This document shows positions 9,954-21,179 of a DNA stretch of 64,000 bases, piece after piece. The stretch comes from an uncultured bacterium (lineage in GTDB: Bacteria > Fidelibacterota > Marinisomatia > Marinisomatales > UBA1611). The notes under the pieces were generated by a model. The model was given only the letters and a program-made list of their open reading frames with translations. It ran no database searches and was not told the origin of the DNA. Position 1 is the stretch's first letter. Each line of letters starts with the position of its first letter. The stretch is taken from NCBI GenBank assembly GCA_943788175.1, contig CALSPG010000006.1:128001-192000 (forward strand), read 5' to 3'. Position numbers and translations under genes: made by a program.

Positions 9954-11699
9954 TTATTCAACTGTATCAAGTTCTGCTAATCTTTCTGCTATTAAATCAA
10001 TAAAGATGCTTATCTCTTTTAACATATCCATAAGGTCCAAATAAATCTGTTCCTGCGCCTGATTTTCATCCTTGGAGTTTGAACGTTTTAGGTGCTCAAT
10101 TCGATATTTTTCTTCCAGATCTTTAAACTTCTTACCCTTACTAACAATTTTATCTATTTTATTTTTCTCATATTTTTCAAAAAACTTTCCTAACCTTTTT
10201 ATCTGCTTGATAATTTTTTTATGATAGGATTCAACCTCTTTAATGAGGTTATCAGATAATTCTTCAGATTGGCTCTCTTTTTTTACTAGCAAGTCGTGTA
10301 ACCTTAGGTTTACACTATTTTTTACAGAGTTGATATTGTGAACAACAGAAACTAAAGTGAAAACTTCTCTCGATTGTACATCATTTAAATCTTGATTATT
10401 AACTTTTATTAAATACGTTGATATTTCATTATTCAGAAACGAAATTTTTTCAATACGGTTTTTAAGACCCCCTTCAAAGTCTTCTTCCTCATCTTCAATA
10501 TCATGTAAAGAATCATTTGAAATAAATGGTTTAGCTACAGATCCAACTACTCTCTCAAGTAAACCAATTACTCCTCTTATTTCAGCCTGAGCGTTCGAGA
10601 TAGCAACAGTTGGAGTATCAAGAACATCATCATTTAGATGCATTACTTTTGGTTTGCTTATATCACGATTGATGTTTTCATCTGGAAAATATTTCATAAT
10701 TAGCTTTCCAACTAATGGCGTAAAAGGAATAAACACAACTGTAGCCAGAATGTTAAAAATAGTGTGTGCATTTGCAATTTGCCTTGGAATATTATCAGAT
10801 GTTTGAGTAATGAATTCTGCAAAGGTTGGAATCCAGAAACAAAAGAGTGCTACACCAAGCAAATTAAATGTTACATGGGCAATTGCAACTCTCTTTGCTT
10901 CTCTAGAAGCATTCAACCCAGCAAGGAGAGCAGTCACACAGGTTCCTACATTTGCACCAAGTATGAGCGGTATGCCCGCCTCGAGCGTTATTGATCCTCC
11001 ACTAGCAAGCGTAATAACGATACCCGTAGTTGCACTGCTACTTTGAATGAGTGCAGTAAAGGCAGCACCAGCTAAAATACCCATAAATGGATTTTCAAGG
11101 CTAATTAGGATATCATTAAATGTCGGATTTGATCGAAGTGGCTTCATTGTATCAGACATGACTTTCATTCCATAAAAAAGCAGACCAAACCCAAGAATCA
11201 CAAATCCAATATTTTTGTTAGAATCTTTCTTCGAAAACAAGGCTGTTAAAGCACCAATGGCAACTAATGCAAGAGCATAATCCGTGACTTTAAATGCAAC
11301 AATCTGCGCTGTGATAGTACTTCCAATATTAGAACCAAGTATCACACCTAAGCCTTGAACGAATGTCAAAAGCCCAGAATTAACAAAACTAACTAACATT
11401 ACCGTTGTTGCGCTGCTACTTTGAATAACCATGGTAACGAAAGCACCAACGCCAACAGCCAAGAAACGATTTGAAGTTAGTTTCTCTAAAACAGAACGCA
11501 TCTTGTTACCAGCTGCAATTTTCATTCCATCGCTCATCATTTCCATTCCATACAAAAACATTCCTAAGCCACCAAACAAGCTAGTAAACATTAAAAATAT
11601 AGAAACTTCCTTCGGACTAGAACCTGCTGATGAGGATGCCATAAGCAAAGAGGGAATTGCTCCAAAAATTATAATCGATGTAAGTAATATTTTTTTCAT
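9954..11699 (-). CDS. Na+/phosphate cotransporter with PhoU-like C-terminus
   Basis: Duplicated QSSSAT motifs with GSNIG/GANVGT; helical cytoplasmic tail. Confidence 0.9.
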   Translation of the reverse strand: MKKILLTSIIIFGAIPSLLMASSSAGSSPKEVSIFLMFTSLFGGLGMFLYGMEMMSDGMKIAAGNKMRSVLEKLTSNRFLAVGVGAFVTMVIQSSSATTVMLVSFVNSGLLTFVQGLGVILGSNIGSTITAQIVAFKVTDYALALVAIGALTALFSKKDSNKNIGFVILGFGLLFYGMKVMSDTMKPLRSNPTFNDILISLENPFMGILAGAAFTALIQSSSATTGIVITLASGGSITLEAGIPLILGANVGTCVTALLAGLNASREAKRVAIAHVTFNLLGVALFCFWIPTFAEFITQTSDNIPRQIANAHTIFNILATVVFIPFTPLVGKLIMKYFPDENINRDISKPKVMHLNDDVLDTPTVAISNAQAEIRGVIGLLERVVGSVAKPFISNDSLHDIEDEEEDFEGGLKNRIEKISFLNNEISTYLIKVNNQDLNDVQSREVFTLVSVVHNINSVKNSVNLRLHDLLVKKESQSEELSDNLIKEVESYHKKIIKQIKRLGKFFEKYEKNKIDKIVSKGKKFKDLEEKYRIEHLKRSNSKDENQAQEQIYLDLMDMLKEISIFIDLIAERLAELDTVE

Positions 11700-11830
11700 T
11701 TTATCTAGTTTCTTATTAGTTATTTAAAGTTATTACGGCTGAATTGGAGCGTAATGTATTTAAAAAATGTATCAAGATGAAGTCTAAAGAATATTTTTTG
11801 TTATTTTTAAAAAGTTAAATAGATTTAAAG

Positions 11831-12640
11831 ATGTCTAAAGTTCTAAAAGATTTTTTTTCAGTTATTAATACCAAATCACTCATAGTGATTGTTGCAGCGT
11901 GTGCAACTACCACTTTATGCTATGAACTTGATTTTCATTTTATTGTTCCCACTGACCTAATAAGCATAGCAATCGTATTCCCAATTGTTTTTTCTATTCA
12001 TGCTGCATATAATCGCAGAGAGAAAGCCCTTGAACATTATTCTATCTTTAAAGCTAGTGCTTTATCAATAAGATTTGCACACACTCATTGGATTAATGAA
12101 AAACAAAAGGAAAACCGCCAAAACAAAGTACTAGATCGAAAAGAGCATATAGATAGACTTGATGATATTTACAAAAATTTATTCGCGAAAATATATGACT
12201 ACTTGAATTCAAAGAATCCAACATCAGAAACATACAATCAAATAATAAACCTAATCGGCGAAATATCAATATCTAATGAAAAATTAAGACCTTTTGTCCT
12301 TGACCCTGAAAATGTTAGATCAAATGAAAATTTGAGATTAATGATTGTTGAGCTTGAAAATATTATAAATATAAAAAATTATCGGACTCCAAACTCCCTG
12401 CGTGCATACACTAAAGTTTTTCTTAATATTTTCCCAATAATATTCGGTCCATTTTTTGCTCATGTTGCTATTGAAAAAGGGATTGAATTTGGTATTGCAA
12501 TGGCAATTATTTACAGTTTAGTCTTAACTATTCTTGATAATATCCAAGAAGATTTAGAAGACCCTTTTGATGGTGTAGGTAGCGATGATATACAATTAAA
12601 CTACCCCACAATGCTTCAGGTCAATACAGTTAAACCATAG
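11831..12640 (+). CDS. Bestrophin-like membrane channel
   Basis: AYNRR after TM2 and C-terminal LEDPFDG..DDI. Confidence 0.7.
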   Translation: MSKVLKDFFSVINTKSLIVIVAACATTTLCYELDFHFIVPTDLISIAIVFPIVFSIHAAYNRREKALEHYSIFKASALSIRFAHTHWINEKQKENRQNKVLDRKEHIDRLDDIYKNLFAKIYDYLNSKNPTSETYNQIINLIGEISISNEKLRPFVLDPENVRSNENLRLMIVELENIINIKNYRTPNSLRAYTKVFLNIFPIIFGPFFAHVAIEKGIEFGIAMAIIYSLVLTILDNIQEDLEDPFDGVGSDDIQLNYPTMLQVNTVKP

Positions 12641-12688
12641 TATTAATACTTCTAATACCATACGTACCCCCCATTTAGAAAAACCAAA

Positions 12689-12955
12689 ATGGATGTTCTA
12701 AGTACTCTCAAGCTTGTTAAAGGCATTTTTGCTATTTTAGATCTGTTTGTATGGGCTAGAGTTATCCTTAGCTGGATTCCCCATAATCAATACAATGAGA
12801 TTACACGTACTGTTTTTAATGTTACAGAACCTTTGCTTAGACCAATTAGAGATCTAATTCCTACTTCATCAATTAATATAGATATATCACCTTTCATCCT
12901 TCTATTCGCGCTGAACATGGCAGAATCCTTAGCCCTTCGAACATTCGTTTACTAG
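12689..12955 (+). CDS. yggT: YggT family membrane protein
   Basis: RVILSW, TEPLLRPIR and IDISP motifs. Confidence 0.9.
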   Translation: MDVLSTLKLVKGIFAILDLFVWARVILSWIPHNQYNEITRTVFNVTEPLLRPIRDLIPTSSINIDISPFILLFALNMAESLALRTFVY

Positions 12956-13005
12956 ATATTTTTATCTTAAGATAAATATGATTATTAAAGTTTGAAAAAA
13001 TTTTA

Positions 13006-13773
13006 GTGGAATATTTATATCTAATAATTGCATCCCTTTTTACATCTGCGATATCAGCTATGATTGGTATGGGCGGTGGAATAATTTTACTTGGTATAAT
13101 GGCATTAGTCATTCCAGAAGGTTATTTGGTGGTCGCATTACATGGGATGATACAATTAGTGGGAAATAGTACTCGAGCTTTTGTCTTTAGAAATGCTATA
13201 AAAAAAGATTTGGTTTTTAATTACTTTTTTGGCTCAATTATTGGTTCAATGATTTCTATAAGTATTATCGTTGCGTTAATTAATCTTTATAAAGTTGACT
13301 CAGCTAATCAAATTGCTTTTGACTATTTAAAGCCTCTTATAGGGATATATATTCTATGGTTTGTTTACTTGAGAAAAAAAGAAGGCATAAAAAAACATAA
13401 CTTTTTTTATGTGGGAATTCTTGGAGGTTTGACATCGATTTTTATAGGTGCTGTAGGTCCATTAATTGCTCCATTTTTTTTAAAAAATAATTTTCAAAAA
13501 GAAGAGATTATTGCTAATAAAGCAACATGCCAAATAGTATCTCATCTCGGTAAAGTACCAATTTTTATCTATTACTTTGAATTAGAGTATTCCAAACATT
13601 TAGAATTATTATTACCGCTAATGATATCAGTTTATTTTGGAACCATTATTGGAAAAAAACTATTAGGGCTTATATCTGAAAAAACTTTTAAAAAATTATT
13701 TAAAATTTGTTTGTCTATCATTGCTGTACGTTTAATAATTGACCAAATTTTAGAAACCTATTTATCTATTTAA
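13006..13773 (+). CDS. TauE/SafE family exporter
   Basis: GMGGG motif, about 8 TM helices, internal duplication (GAVGP). Confidence 0.85.
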   Translation: MEYLYLIIASLFTSAISAMIGMGGGIILLGIMALVIPEGYLVVALHGMIQLVGNSTRAFVFRNAIKKDLVFNYFFGSIIGSMISISIIVALINLYKVDSANQIAFDYLKPLIGIYILWFVYLRKKEGIKKHNFFYVGILGGLTSIFIGAVGPLIAPFFLKNNFQKEEIIANKATCQIVSHLGKVPIFIYYFELEYSKHLELLLPLMISVYFGTIIGKKLLGLISEKTFKKLFKICLSIIAVRLIIDQILETYLSI

Positions 13774-13833
13774 TTAATAATTGAAAAGAATATTGACTTT
13801 AGAAAATTCGCAAAAAACAGATACGATAATTTC

Positions 13834-14367
13834 ATGAAAACTTTAGATATACTTTTAAATAATTATATACAAGAAAACAAGTATGATACGAATGCAATAA
13901 AGATGCTAAACTTTTATAGAAATAATGAAAATTGCTTCAGTAAAGATAATACAAAAGGCCATTTTACTGGTTCAGCATGGATAATAAATCCTGCAAAAGA
14001 TACTGTTTTAATGACACATCATAAAAAGTTAAATATGTGGCTTCAACTTGGTGGACATGCAGATGGTGATAATAATCTAATCAATGTAGCACTGCGAGAG
14101 TCCGAAGAGGAATCTGGGTTTAGTAATTTTAAATTATTAAGTGAAGAAATTTTTGACTTAGATATCCATGAAATCGAGCCTATGAATGATGAGCATAGAC
14201 ACCTTCATTACGATGTTAGGTTTTTACTTGAGGCAGATCCAATCAAAAGTAATATAATTGTTAGTGATGAATCACATGATGTTAAATGGATTCCTCTAGG
14301 CGAAGTAGATAATTATAATTCAGAGGATTCGATTAGAAGAATGGTTGCTAAAACGATTGAGCTATAA
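13834..14367 (+). CDS. Nudix hydrolase
   Basis: Nudix box GGHADG...ALRESEEESG; GHFTGS and HLHYDVRF. Confidence 0.9.
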   Translation: MKTLDILLNNYIQENKYDTNAIKMLNFYRNNENCFSKDNTKGHFTGSAWIINPAKDTVLMTHHKKLNMWLQLGGHADGDNNLINVALRESEEESGFSNFKLLSEEIFDLDIHEIEPMNDEHRHLHYDVRFLLEADPIKSNIIVSDESHDVKWIPLGEVDNYNSEDSIRRMVAKTIEL

Positions 14368-14386
14368 TTTTTGCACCTTTACATAA

Positions 14387-15373
14387 TTATAAGCTTATCA
14401 GAATGACGCCATAAGTAGTTAGACTGCTCTCAATTTTTAGATGAGCATTACTAATATCTTTTAGTCCATATTTGTGAGATAACCTATTAATCAATCTTTC
14501 CTCTTTTAATGCAACAGTAATATCATTTATTGCATTGATTTTAGCTTCTGGGGGGATATCATAAACAAAAACCATTTTTAAATTAAGATTCGCATTCATC
14601 ATTTTATAAAATGGCATTTTTGGATACATTTCCGACATTGATGCAAAAGTGACTATTTCACAATTTGGTTTAATAACTGCCAATAAATAATTTAGATTGA
14701 CACCAAAATCACCATCTATTATTTTATCTATTTTTTGGCCATTCGTATAATCCATAACTTGATCTACAAAAAGTTTTGAAGGATGTTCTAGAACAAGATC
14801 TGCACCGGCATTTTGACAATGCTTGATACTTTTTGAATTAGAGGCCGTTGCTATAACAACAGCACCTGCTTGCTTTGCCCATTGTATAGCATAATTTCCT
14901 ACCCTGCCTGCACCTCCAGTAATTAAAACATAACGATTTTCAATGCGATCACCAATATGAACACATCTATGCGCTGTGATAGCTGGAATACCCATCATCG
15001 AACCAACGTCGTAATTAGTATTTTTAGGCAAGCGAATCGCATTAATTGAAGGCAAACAAATGAACTCGGCAGAGGTTCCAAAATTTCGATTATGCTGCGC
15101 CTCATATAGCCAGACTCTTTCGCCTATTCTATCTTTTAAATCATTATTACCAACATCGATTATTTCTCCTGCTCCATCACTATGAGGAATAATTAGACCT
15201 TGATCGAGAGCAAATGGAATTGATCCTAATCTTTTTTTTGTATCAGAAGGATTAACTGCGGAAAAAAAAACACGAACTTTAACCTCTCCAACTTTAGGTA
15301 CTGGTTCGTCTAATTCTCCAACTTTAAGTACCTTTTCCGCTAGACCAAATTTGCTATACCAAGCAGCGAGCAA
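14387..15373 (-). CDS. NADPH:quinone oxidoreductase (MDR family)
   Basis: VNPSD, PHSDGAG and GGAGRVG Rossmann motif. Confidence 0.88.
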   Translation of the reverse strand: MLAAWYSKFGLAEKVLKVGELDEPVPKVGEVKVRVFFSAVNPSDTKKRLGSIPFALDQGLIIPHSDGAGEIIDVGNNDLKDRIGERVWLYEAQHNRNFGTSAEFICLPSINAIRLPKNTNYDVGSMMGIPAITAHRCVHIGDRIENRYVLITGGAGRVGNYAIQWAKQAGAVVIATASNSKSIKHCQNAGADLVLEHPSKLFVDQVMDYTNGQKIDKIIDGDFGVNLNYLLAVIKPNCEIVTFASMSEMYPKMPFYKMMNANLNLKMVFVYDIPPEAKINAINDITVALKEERLINRLSHKYGLKDISNAHLKIESSLTTYGVILISL

Positions 15374-17158
15374 TTATATTTTCTTTCCTGTTTGTATATT
15401 CCATAATTCCGCGTAAAAACTTATATTGTTCTTCATCAAATCGTCATGTGTACCAGATTCATGAATTTTAGAATCTTTTATAACAAAAATATTATCACAA
15501 TTACGGATGGTAGATAACCTGTGTGCAACTATAATCATCGTACGATTTTTCTTCAAATCAAAAAATGATTTTTGAATCAACCTCTCGGTTCTATTATCAA
15601 CAGATGACGTCGCCTCATCAAATATGAGTATATCTGGATTTCTTACGATAGCTCTTGCAATCGCTAAACGCTGCCTTTGTCCACCTGAAAGTCGTTGACC
15701 ACGCTCACCAATTAATGTATCATAACCATCTTTCATTGATGAAATAAATTCATCACATTGGCTTTGCTTTGCAGCTAGAATAATATCTTCATCTGAACAC
15801 GATTGATTTCCATAGCTAATATTTTCTTTTATCGAAGCATTAAAAAGGAATGTGTCTTGGCTTACAATTCCAATCTTACTTCTCAAGTTTTCAATAGAAA
15901 TATTTGAAATATTATTATCACCAATAAAAATTTTTCCGGATAGCGGATCATAAAGACGTAATAATAATTTTGCTAAAGTAGTTTTGCCAGATCCCGTATC
16001 TCCAACAATACCAACTGATGATCCATATTTAATTTCCATACTAAAATTATCAAATAAATCTGCGCCGTTTGGATATCTAAAAGAAACGTTAGTATATCGA
16101 ATGTCTTGCTTCAAGTTATCTACAATTTTTGGATCAGTATTTTCAGGTATGTGTTCATTGGTTTTTAAAAGGTCAAAAATTCTTTTACTTGACGCCATAG
16201 ATCTTTCAAAATCATCGACCAAAGTTCCTAATGTAGTAAACGGCCACAAAAATCTTTGAGTAAGAAAAACCAGGACACTGTAAGAACCAACCGCTAAAGT
16301 GCCACTCAAAGCCATGTGACTTCCAATCAATATAGTGCCTAAAAACCCAGCCAATACACCCATGCGAATCACAGGCACAAACGCGCTACTAATTAAAATA
16401 GCATTAATATTTTCTTTTTGATAATCCTTACTTAAATGACTAATTCTATTTTTTTCATTTTTAAAAGACATAAAACTTTTTATGGTTTGTATACCTAATA
16501 AGTTGTTGAACACAGAAGAATTAAGCGCTCCGACTTTATCTCTTACACTACGATACCTTGGCGAAAGTTTTTTTTGAAATAAAAAACTAACTGCGAAAAT
16601 AATTGGAACAGGTAGAACCGCAATTGATGCAATTATTGGGGAGATATAAAAGAATATAATTCCAATGCAAACTGTCGATACAACAACTTGAATAATTTGG
16701 TTCATCCCATTATTCAAGAATCGTTCTAACTGGTTTACATCATCATTCAATACAGCAGTAATATTCCCAGTAGATTGGTTTTCGTGCCAACTCAATCCAA
16801 GCCTTTGAGCATGATCATATGCAGAAACTCTAATTTCGTGCTCAACGTCTTGCGCCAGACCACGCCACTGAATCGAGTAAATATATTGAAATGTTGATTC
16901 TAAAGCCCAAATTACAAAAGTGATTATACCTAAAAATATTACCTGACTTTCAATTGAACTAAAACCCAAAGAAGCAACAAAACTATTTTCCTTTTCGACC
17001 ACTAGATCTACAGCAACGCCTATTAGTACCTCAGGTGCTATATCAAAAATTTTATTTAAAACCGAGCATGTGGACGCAAATATGGCTTTGCCTCTCCAGG
17101 GATAGATGTAACGAATTAATTCGCTAAAAGAATTTGCTGAGCTATGATTAAGTTTCAT
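15374..17158 (-). CDS. ABC exporter, fused permease/ATPase
   Basis: TM domain, Walker A GDTGSGKT, LSGGQ and DEATS. Confidence 0.93.
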   Translation of the reverse strand: MKLNHSSANSFSELIRYIYPWRGKAIFASTCSVLNKIFDIAPEVLIGVAVDLVVEKENSFVASLGFSSIESQVIFLGIITFVIWALESTFQYIYSIQWRGLAQDVEHEIRVSAYDHAQRLGLSWHENQSTGNITAVLNDDVNQLERFLNNGMNQIIQVVVSTVCIGIIFFYISPIIASIAVLPVPIIFAVSFLFQKKLSPRYRSVRDKVGALNSSVFNNLLGIQTIKSFMSFKNEKNRISHLSKDYQKENINAILISSAFVPVIRMGVLAGFLGTILIGSHMALSGTLAVGSYSVLVFLTQRFLWPFTTLGTLVDDFERSMASSKRIFDLLKTNEHIPENTDPKIVDNLKQDIRYTNVSFRYPNGADLFDNFSMEIKYGSSVGIVGDTGSGKTTLAKLLLRLYDPLSGKIFIGDNNISNISIENLRSKIGIVSQDTFLFNASIKENISYGNQSCSDEDIILAAKQSQCDEFISSMKDGYDTLIGERGQRLSGGQRQRLAIARAIVRNPDILIFDEATSSVDNRTERLIQKSFFDLKKNRTMIIVAHRLSTIRNCDNIFVIKDSKIHESGTHDDLMKNNISFYAELWNIQTGKKI

Positions 17159-17242
17159 TTAGTAAAAACCTGTTTAAATAATATTTAAGTTATGAATAAC
17201 TCTCTCTCACATAAATGAAAATCTTTTAAATCTAAAAATGTT

Positions 17243-17911
17243 ATGACAAAAAATAATACAGATTCAGTTCTTAAATATAGAATCAAAGAACCTTTAAAGG
17301 AGTCTACCGACACTCCTACTATTTTTCTTCTTCATGGGATCGGAAGTAATATGGATGATTTGTTTTCATTGAATCATTTTTTTGCTGATGAATGGAGAAT
17401 AATAAGTTTTCAAGCTCCTATACCCTTAGGCTTTGGAGGGTGGGCCTGGGCTGAATTAGATTTAAATAATTTAAGAAGATATCCAAAACCAAAGCAACGA
17501 ATTGCAAGCCGAAATGCAATTATTCAATCTATAAAAACCCTCAAGAAAGAATTCAAGATTAAATCAAAAAATTCTTACCTGCTTGGTTTCAGTCAAGGAG
17601 CAGCATTTACGTTATTCAGTGGTTTGACAAGTCCTTCCGAGTTCAATGGACTCATTGCTATTTGTGGTTTTTATAAGGTAGAAGAAGATATTAAAGAAAT
17701 AGATACTGAAAAGATTAAGAATTTAGAAATATTAGTAAGTAACGGCACCGCTGACGATGTGATTCCCATTCACATGGGAAGGATGACTAATTTAGGATTG
17801 AAAAAAGTTGGTTTATCACACACTTATAATGAGTATGACACTGGGCATACAATATCAAATGATTGCTTAAATGATATTTTATCTTGGCTGCAAGAAAAAC
17901 ATCAAAGCTAA
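17243..17911 (+). CDS. Phospholipase/carboxylesterase (alpha/beta hydrolase)
   Basis: LHGIG, GFSQG, GTADDVI and GH triad motifs. Confidence 0.88.
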   Translation: MTKNNTDSVLKYRIKEPLKESTDTPTIFLLHGIGSNMDDLFSLNHFFADEWRIISFQAPIPLGFGGWAWAELDLNNLRRYPKPKQRIASRNAIIQSIKTLKKEFKIKSKNSYLLGFSQGAAFTLFSGLTSPSEFNGLIAICGFYKVEEDIKEIDTEKIKNLEILVSNGTADDVIPIHMGRMTNLGLKKVGLSHTYNEYDTGHTISNDCLNDILSWLQEKHQS

Positions 17912-19132
17912 TTATTTAATTAATATCATTTTTTTAGAAGTAACCGATACATCAGATTTTAATCTGTAATAATAAATACCTGAGGGCATTTGAAGGCCAT
18001 CATCATTACTTCCGTCCCATTGTAAAGTAATGCTTCCAGCAGAATAATTTTGATTACCTAATACCTTTATTTCTTTTCCTTTGATATCAATTATAGAGAT
18101 TTTTAAAAATGACATTTTTTCCAATTCTATATCAATGTTTGTAATAGGATTAAATGGGTTAGGATAATTTTGTTTTAAAACAAAATCTTCGGGTATCTCA
18201 TATGACTTTTTAACACCGGCAATATTGACGCCTATAAAATCACAAATCCCGCTAATGAGGGCGCTTGCAGTTAAGTTATAGTTTCCAGCATCACTACAAT
18301 TCATATCTTCATAAGTTAGAGCCATAACATTTTCTGCATAATTGAACCACCACCAACTTTCAGGATATTGATCAGGCGTACTACTAGACCAACTTACAAA
18401 ATAATTCCAATTTTCAAAACCACCCGGATAATAAAACTGGATCCCTGATATAAATTCTTTTTCTGAATCAGCAAAATAACTACTTGTCCCATTTTCATGA
18501 TGATAAACAAAATACCTTTTACAAGCATATGCAGAATGCATATTTAAGGCTACTTGAATCGGGTTTGGTAGGGCAAAAGAAAGTTCTATAAATCTGTTTT
18601 GCAATGCAGAAACTTCAGGCTGGAGTTCATCATCATCCCAGCCACTTTCAATATCAAGACCATTAGCATTTTCTCTTGCATATCCTAATTCAACTCCATC
18701 TGGATTATGCATAGGCACAATATGAAAAATAGTATTGGCTCTTATTAAAGCTGCCTCCGGTGTATCCGCAATTAAAAAATTAATAATTTCATCCGCAACC
18801 CAAAACGATTCTTCTTCGCCAGGATGTGTACGAGCATGAATATATATTCTCTTGTAAGTTAATGAACTATGTTGATCTGATATAATTAATTCCCAAATAC
18901 CTCTACCCTGAACGGAAGCCCCAATGGAGTCAATTATAACATATGGACTTTGAGACCATTCTGATAAATCGCTAATTAAATCATCATAACCATATCCCCA
19001 GTTTCTTTCATAATTGATGTGATCAGGCAATGACCCACATTTTCGATTTTCAATCATTTGGGCATTAGCATGGTAAAAAATGAATAAAAATGAAATAAAT
19101 AATTTTTTTCGAAACTTAAAAGTCATATTCAA
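17912..19132 (-). CDS. Secreted M14 zinc carboxypeptidase with PNPFNP C-terminal sorting domain
   Basis: GASVQGR, RTHPGE (HxxE), NPDG, REN and LNMHS; C-terminal QNYPNPFNP...WDG...SGIYYY. Confidence 0.87.
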   Translation of the reverse strand: MNMTFKFRKKLFISFLFIFYHANAQMIENRKCGSLPDHINYERNWGYGYDDLISDLSEWSQSPYVIIDSIGASVQGRGIWELIISDQHSSLTYKRIYIHARTHPGEEESFWVADEIINFLIADTPEAALIRANTIFHIVPMHNPDGVELGYARENANGLDIESGWDDDELQPEVSALQNRFIELSFALPNPIQVALNMHSAYACKRYFVYHHENGTSSYFADSEKEFISGIQFYYPGGFENWNYFVSWSSSTPDQYPESWWWFNYAENVMALTYEDMNCSDAGNYNLTASALISGICDFIGVNIAGVKKSYEIPEDFVLKQNYPNPFNPITNIDIELEKMSFLKISIIDIKGKEIKVLGNQNYSAGSITLQWDGSNDDGLQMPSGIYYYRLKSDVSVTSKKMILIK

Positions 19133-19313
19133 ATATAATGATTAATACTGAAGAAACTTTATGCTTAAAAATCCTTAAATCTATTATGTCATATTTTAAG
19201 ATGTTTTAAGTAGCAACTAATTGTGATGCCATTGTGGCAGAAAAACCTATGCGGGTATAATTTTTGATGATATATACTAAACATATCAAAATAATAATTA
19301 AACGGAGTTTCCA

Positions 19314-21179
19314 TTGGCAAAACAAACATTTCAAACTGAAGTAAGTCAACTTTTACAATTAATAATACATTCACTTTATTCTCAAAAAGAAATATTTTTA
19401 AGAGAATTAATATCTAACTCCTCTGACGCGCTTGACAAACTTAAATATTTAACCCTAACCCAAGATGAATTTAAATCTCTAAAATTTGAACCAAGAGTAG
19501 ATATCGAATTTGAAGAAGGTGATAATCCAACATTAACTATTAGGGATAGCGGTATCGGGATGAGCAAAAAAGACTTCAAAGATAATCTTGGTACAATAGC
19601 CCGATCAGGAACAAAAAACTTTTTATCAAAAATGTCTGGTGATGCCAAAAAAGATTCAAATTTAATTGGTCAATTTGGGGTTGGGTTCTACTCATGTTTT
19701 ATGGTTGCTGATAAAGTCGAAGTCATTTCTAAAAAAGCTGGCCATAAACAAGGTAATAAGTGGACTAGCGATGGAAAATCAGGATATGAGATTGTACCGC
19801 AGAAAACTGAAGACACGGGTACTACAATTATTTTATATCTAAACGATGAGGGTAAAGAATTTGCAAGCAGGTGGAAAATTGAAAGTACCATAAAGAAATA
19901 TTCCGACCATATTGATTTTCCTATTTTTCTTTCTTACGAAGACACTGAATATGATGATGAAGGTAAAGAAAAAGGGAAAACGCAGAAAAATGAACAAATA
20001 AATGACGCTACTGCTTTCTGGAAAAGACCAAAAAATGAGTTAAAGAAAAAAGATTATAATGAATTCTATAAAACCTTATCGTATGATGCAGAAGATGCTC
20101 TAGATTGGGTTCACAGCTCTGCAGAAGGTATGTTAGAGTTTACAGTACTCTTTTTCATTCCCAAAAAAGCTCCAGCAGATATTTACAGAGCTGACTACCA
20201 GCCAGGAGTTAAACTTTATGTAAATCGAGTTTTTATAACAGATGATGAAAAAGAACTTCTTCCCACTTGGTTACGTTTTGTGAAAGGTGTGATTGACTCA
20301 TCCGATTTACCTCTTAATGTTAGTAGAGAGATTCTTCAGCAGAATAAAGTAATGGCGAAAATAAAATCAAACTCTGTAAAAAAAGTACTAGATAAAATAA
20401 AGACAATAGCAAAAAACAAAGACAAGTATGAGGGCTTTTATAATGAATTCGGAAGATTGCTAAAAGAAGGTGTCTATCAAGAGTTCGAGCATAAAGAGGC
20501 CTTAACAGAACTTTTAAGGTTCAAATCCACAAAGGAAGATGGTTTTGTTTCCCTCCAAGAATATGTGGACCGTATGGGTAGTGATCAAGAGTCTATTTAT
20601 TATATTACCGGTACTAATGAGCTCGCGTTAAGAAACTCTCCACTTTTGGAAATGTATAAGAAAAAAGATATAGAAGTATTAATACTTGATGATGAAATTG
20701 ATGAAATCATAATGCCTTCTGTTCCTACTTTTAAGGAAAAGAGTTTGAAATCAGTTAATAGAAGTGGCGCTGCCGATGAATTAAATAAAGATGATAGCAA
20801 GGATAAGAAAGATGAGCTCAAGCCGCTTATTAAAAAGGTGAAATCTGTTTTAGGTGATAAAGTTAAAGACGTCAAATCATCGAATCGACTTAGTGATTCA
20901 CCCTCATGTATAGTCGCGGATGAAAATGACCCTACTGCTCAAATGCAAGAAATTATGAGAGCAACTGGTCAAGTGGGCATGCCTGAGATTAAACCTATTT
21001 TAGAAATCAATCCTGGACATAAAATTATCAAAAAGCTTGTCGCTATGCGCAAAGGAAAAGCATTTGATGATGGCGTATTGTTGATTTATGAACAAGCCTT
21101 ATTGCAAGAGGGTGTTAAACTTGAAGACCCTGCTGGGTTTGTTAAAAGGCTTAACCGATTAATGGAGAAATCGCTTTAG
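19314..21179 (+). CDS. htpG: Molecular chaperone HtpG (Hsp90)
   Basis: EIFLRELISN, DSGIGM, IGQFGVGFYS and LPLNVSREILQ. Confidence 0.97.
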   Translation: MAKQTFQTEVSQLLQLIIHSLYSQKEIFLRELISNSSDALDKLKYLTLTQDEFKSLKFEPRVDIEFEEGDNPTLTIRDSGIGMSKKDFKDNLGTIARSGTKNFLSKMSGDAKKDSNLIGQFGVGFYSCFMVADKVEVISKKAGHKQGNKWTSDGKSGYEIVPQKTEDTGTTIILYLNDEGKEFASRWKIESTIKKYSDHIDFPIFLSYEDTEYDDEGKEKGKTQKNEQINDATAFWKRPKNELKKKDYNEFYKTLSYDAEDALDWVHSSAEGMLEFTVLFFIPKKAPADIYRADYQPGVKLYVNRVFITDDEKELLPTWLRFVKGVIDSSDLPLNVSREILQQNKVMAKIKSNSVKKVLDKIKTIAKNKDKYEGFYNEFGRLLKEGVYQEFEHKEALTELLRFKSTKEDGFVSLQEYVDRMGSDQESIYYITGTNELALRNSPLLEMYKKKDIEVLILDDEIDEIIMPSVPTFKEKSLKSVNRSGAADELNKDDSKDKKDELKPLIKKVKSVLGDKVKDVKSSNRLSDSPSCIVADENDPTAQMQEIMRATGQVGMPEIKPILEINPGHKIIKKLVAMRKGKAFDDGVLLIYEQALLQEGVKLEDPAGFVKRLNRLMEKSL

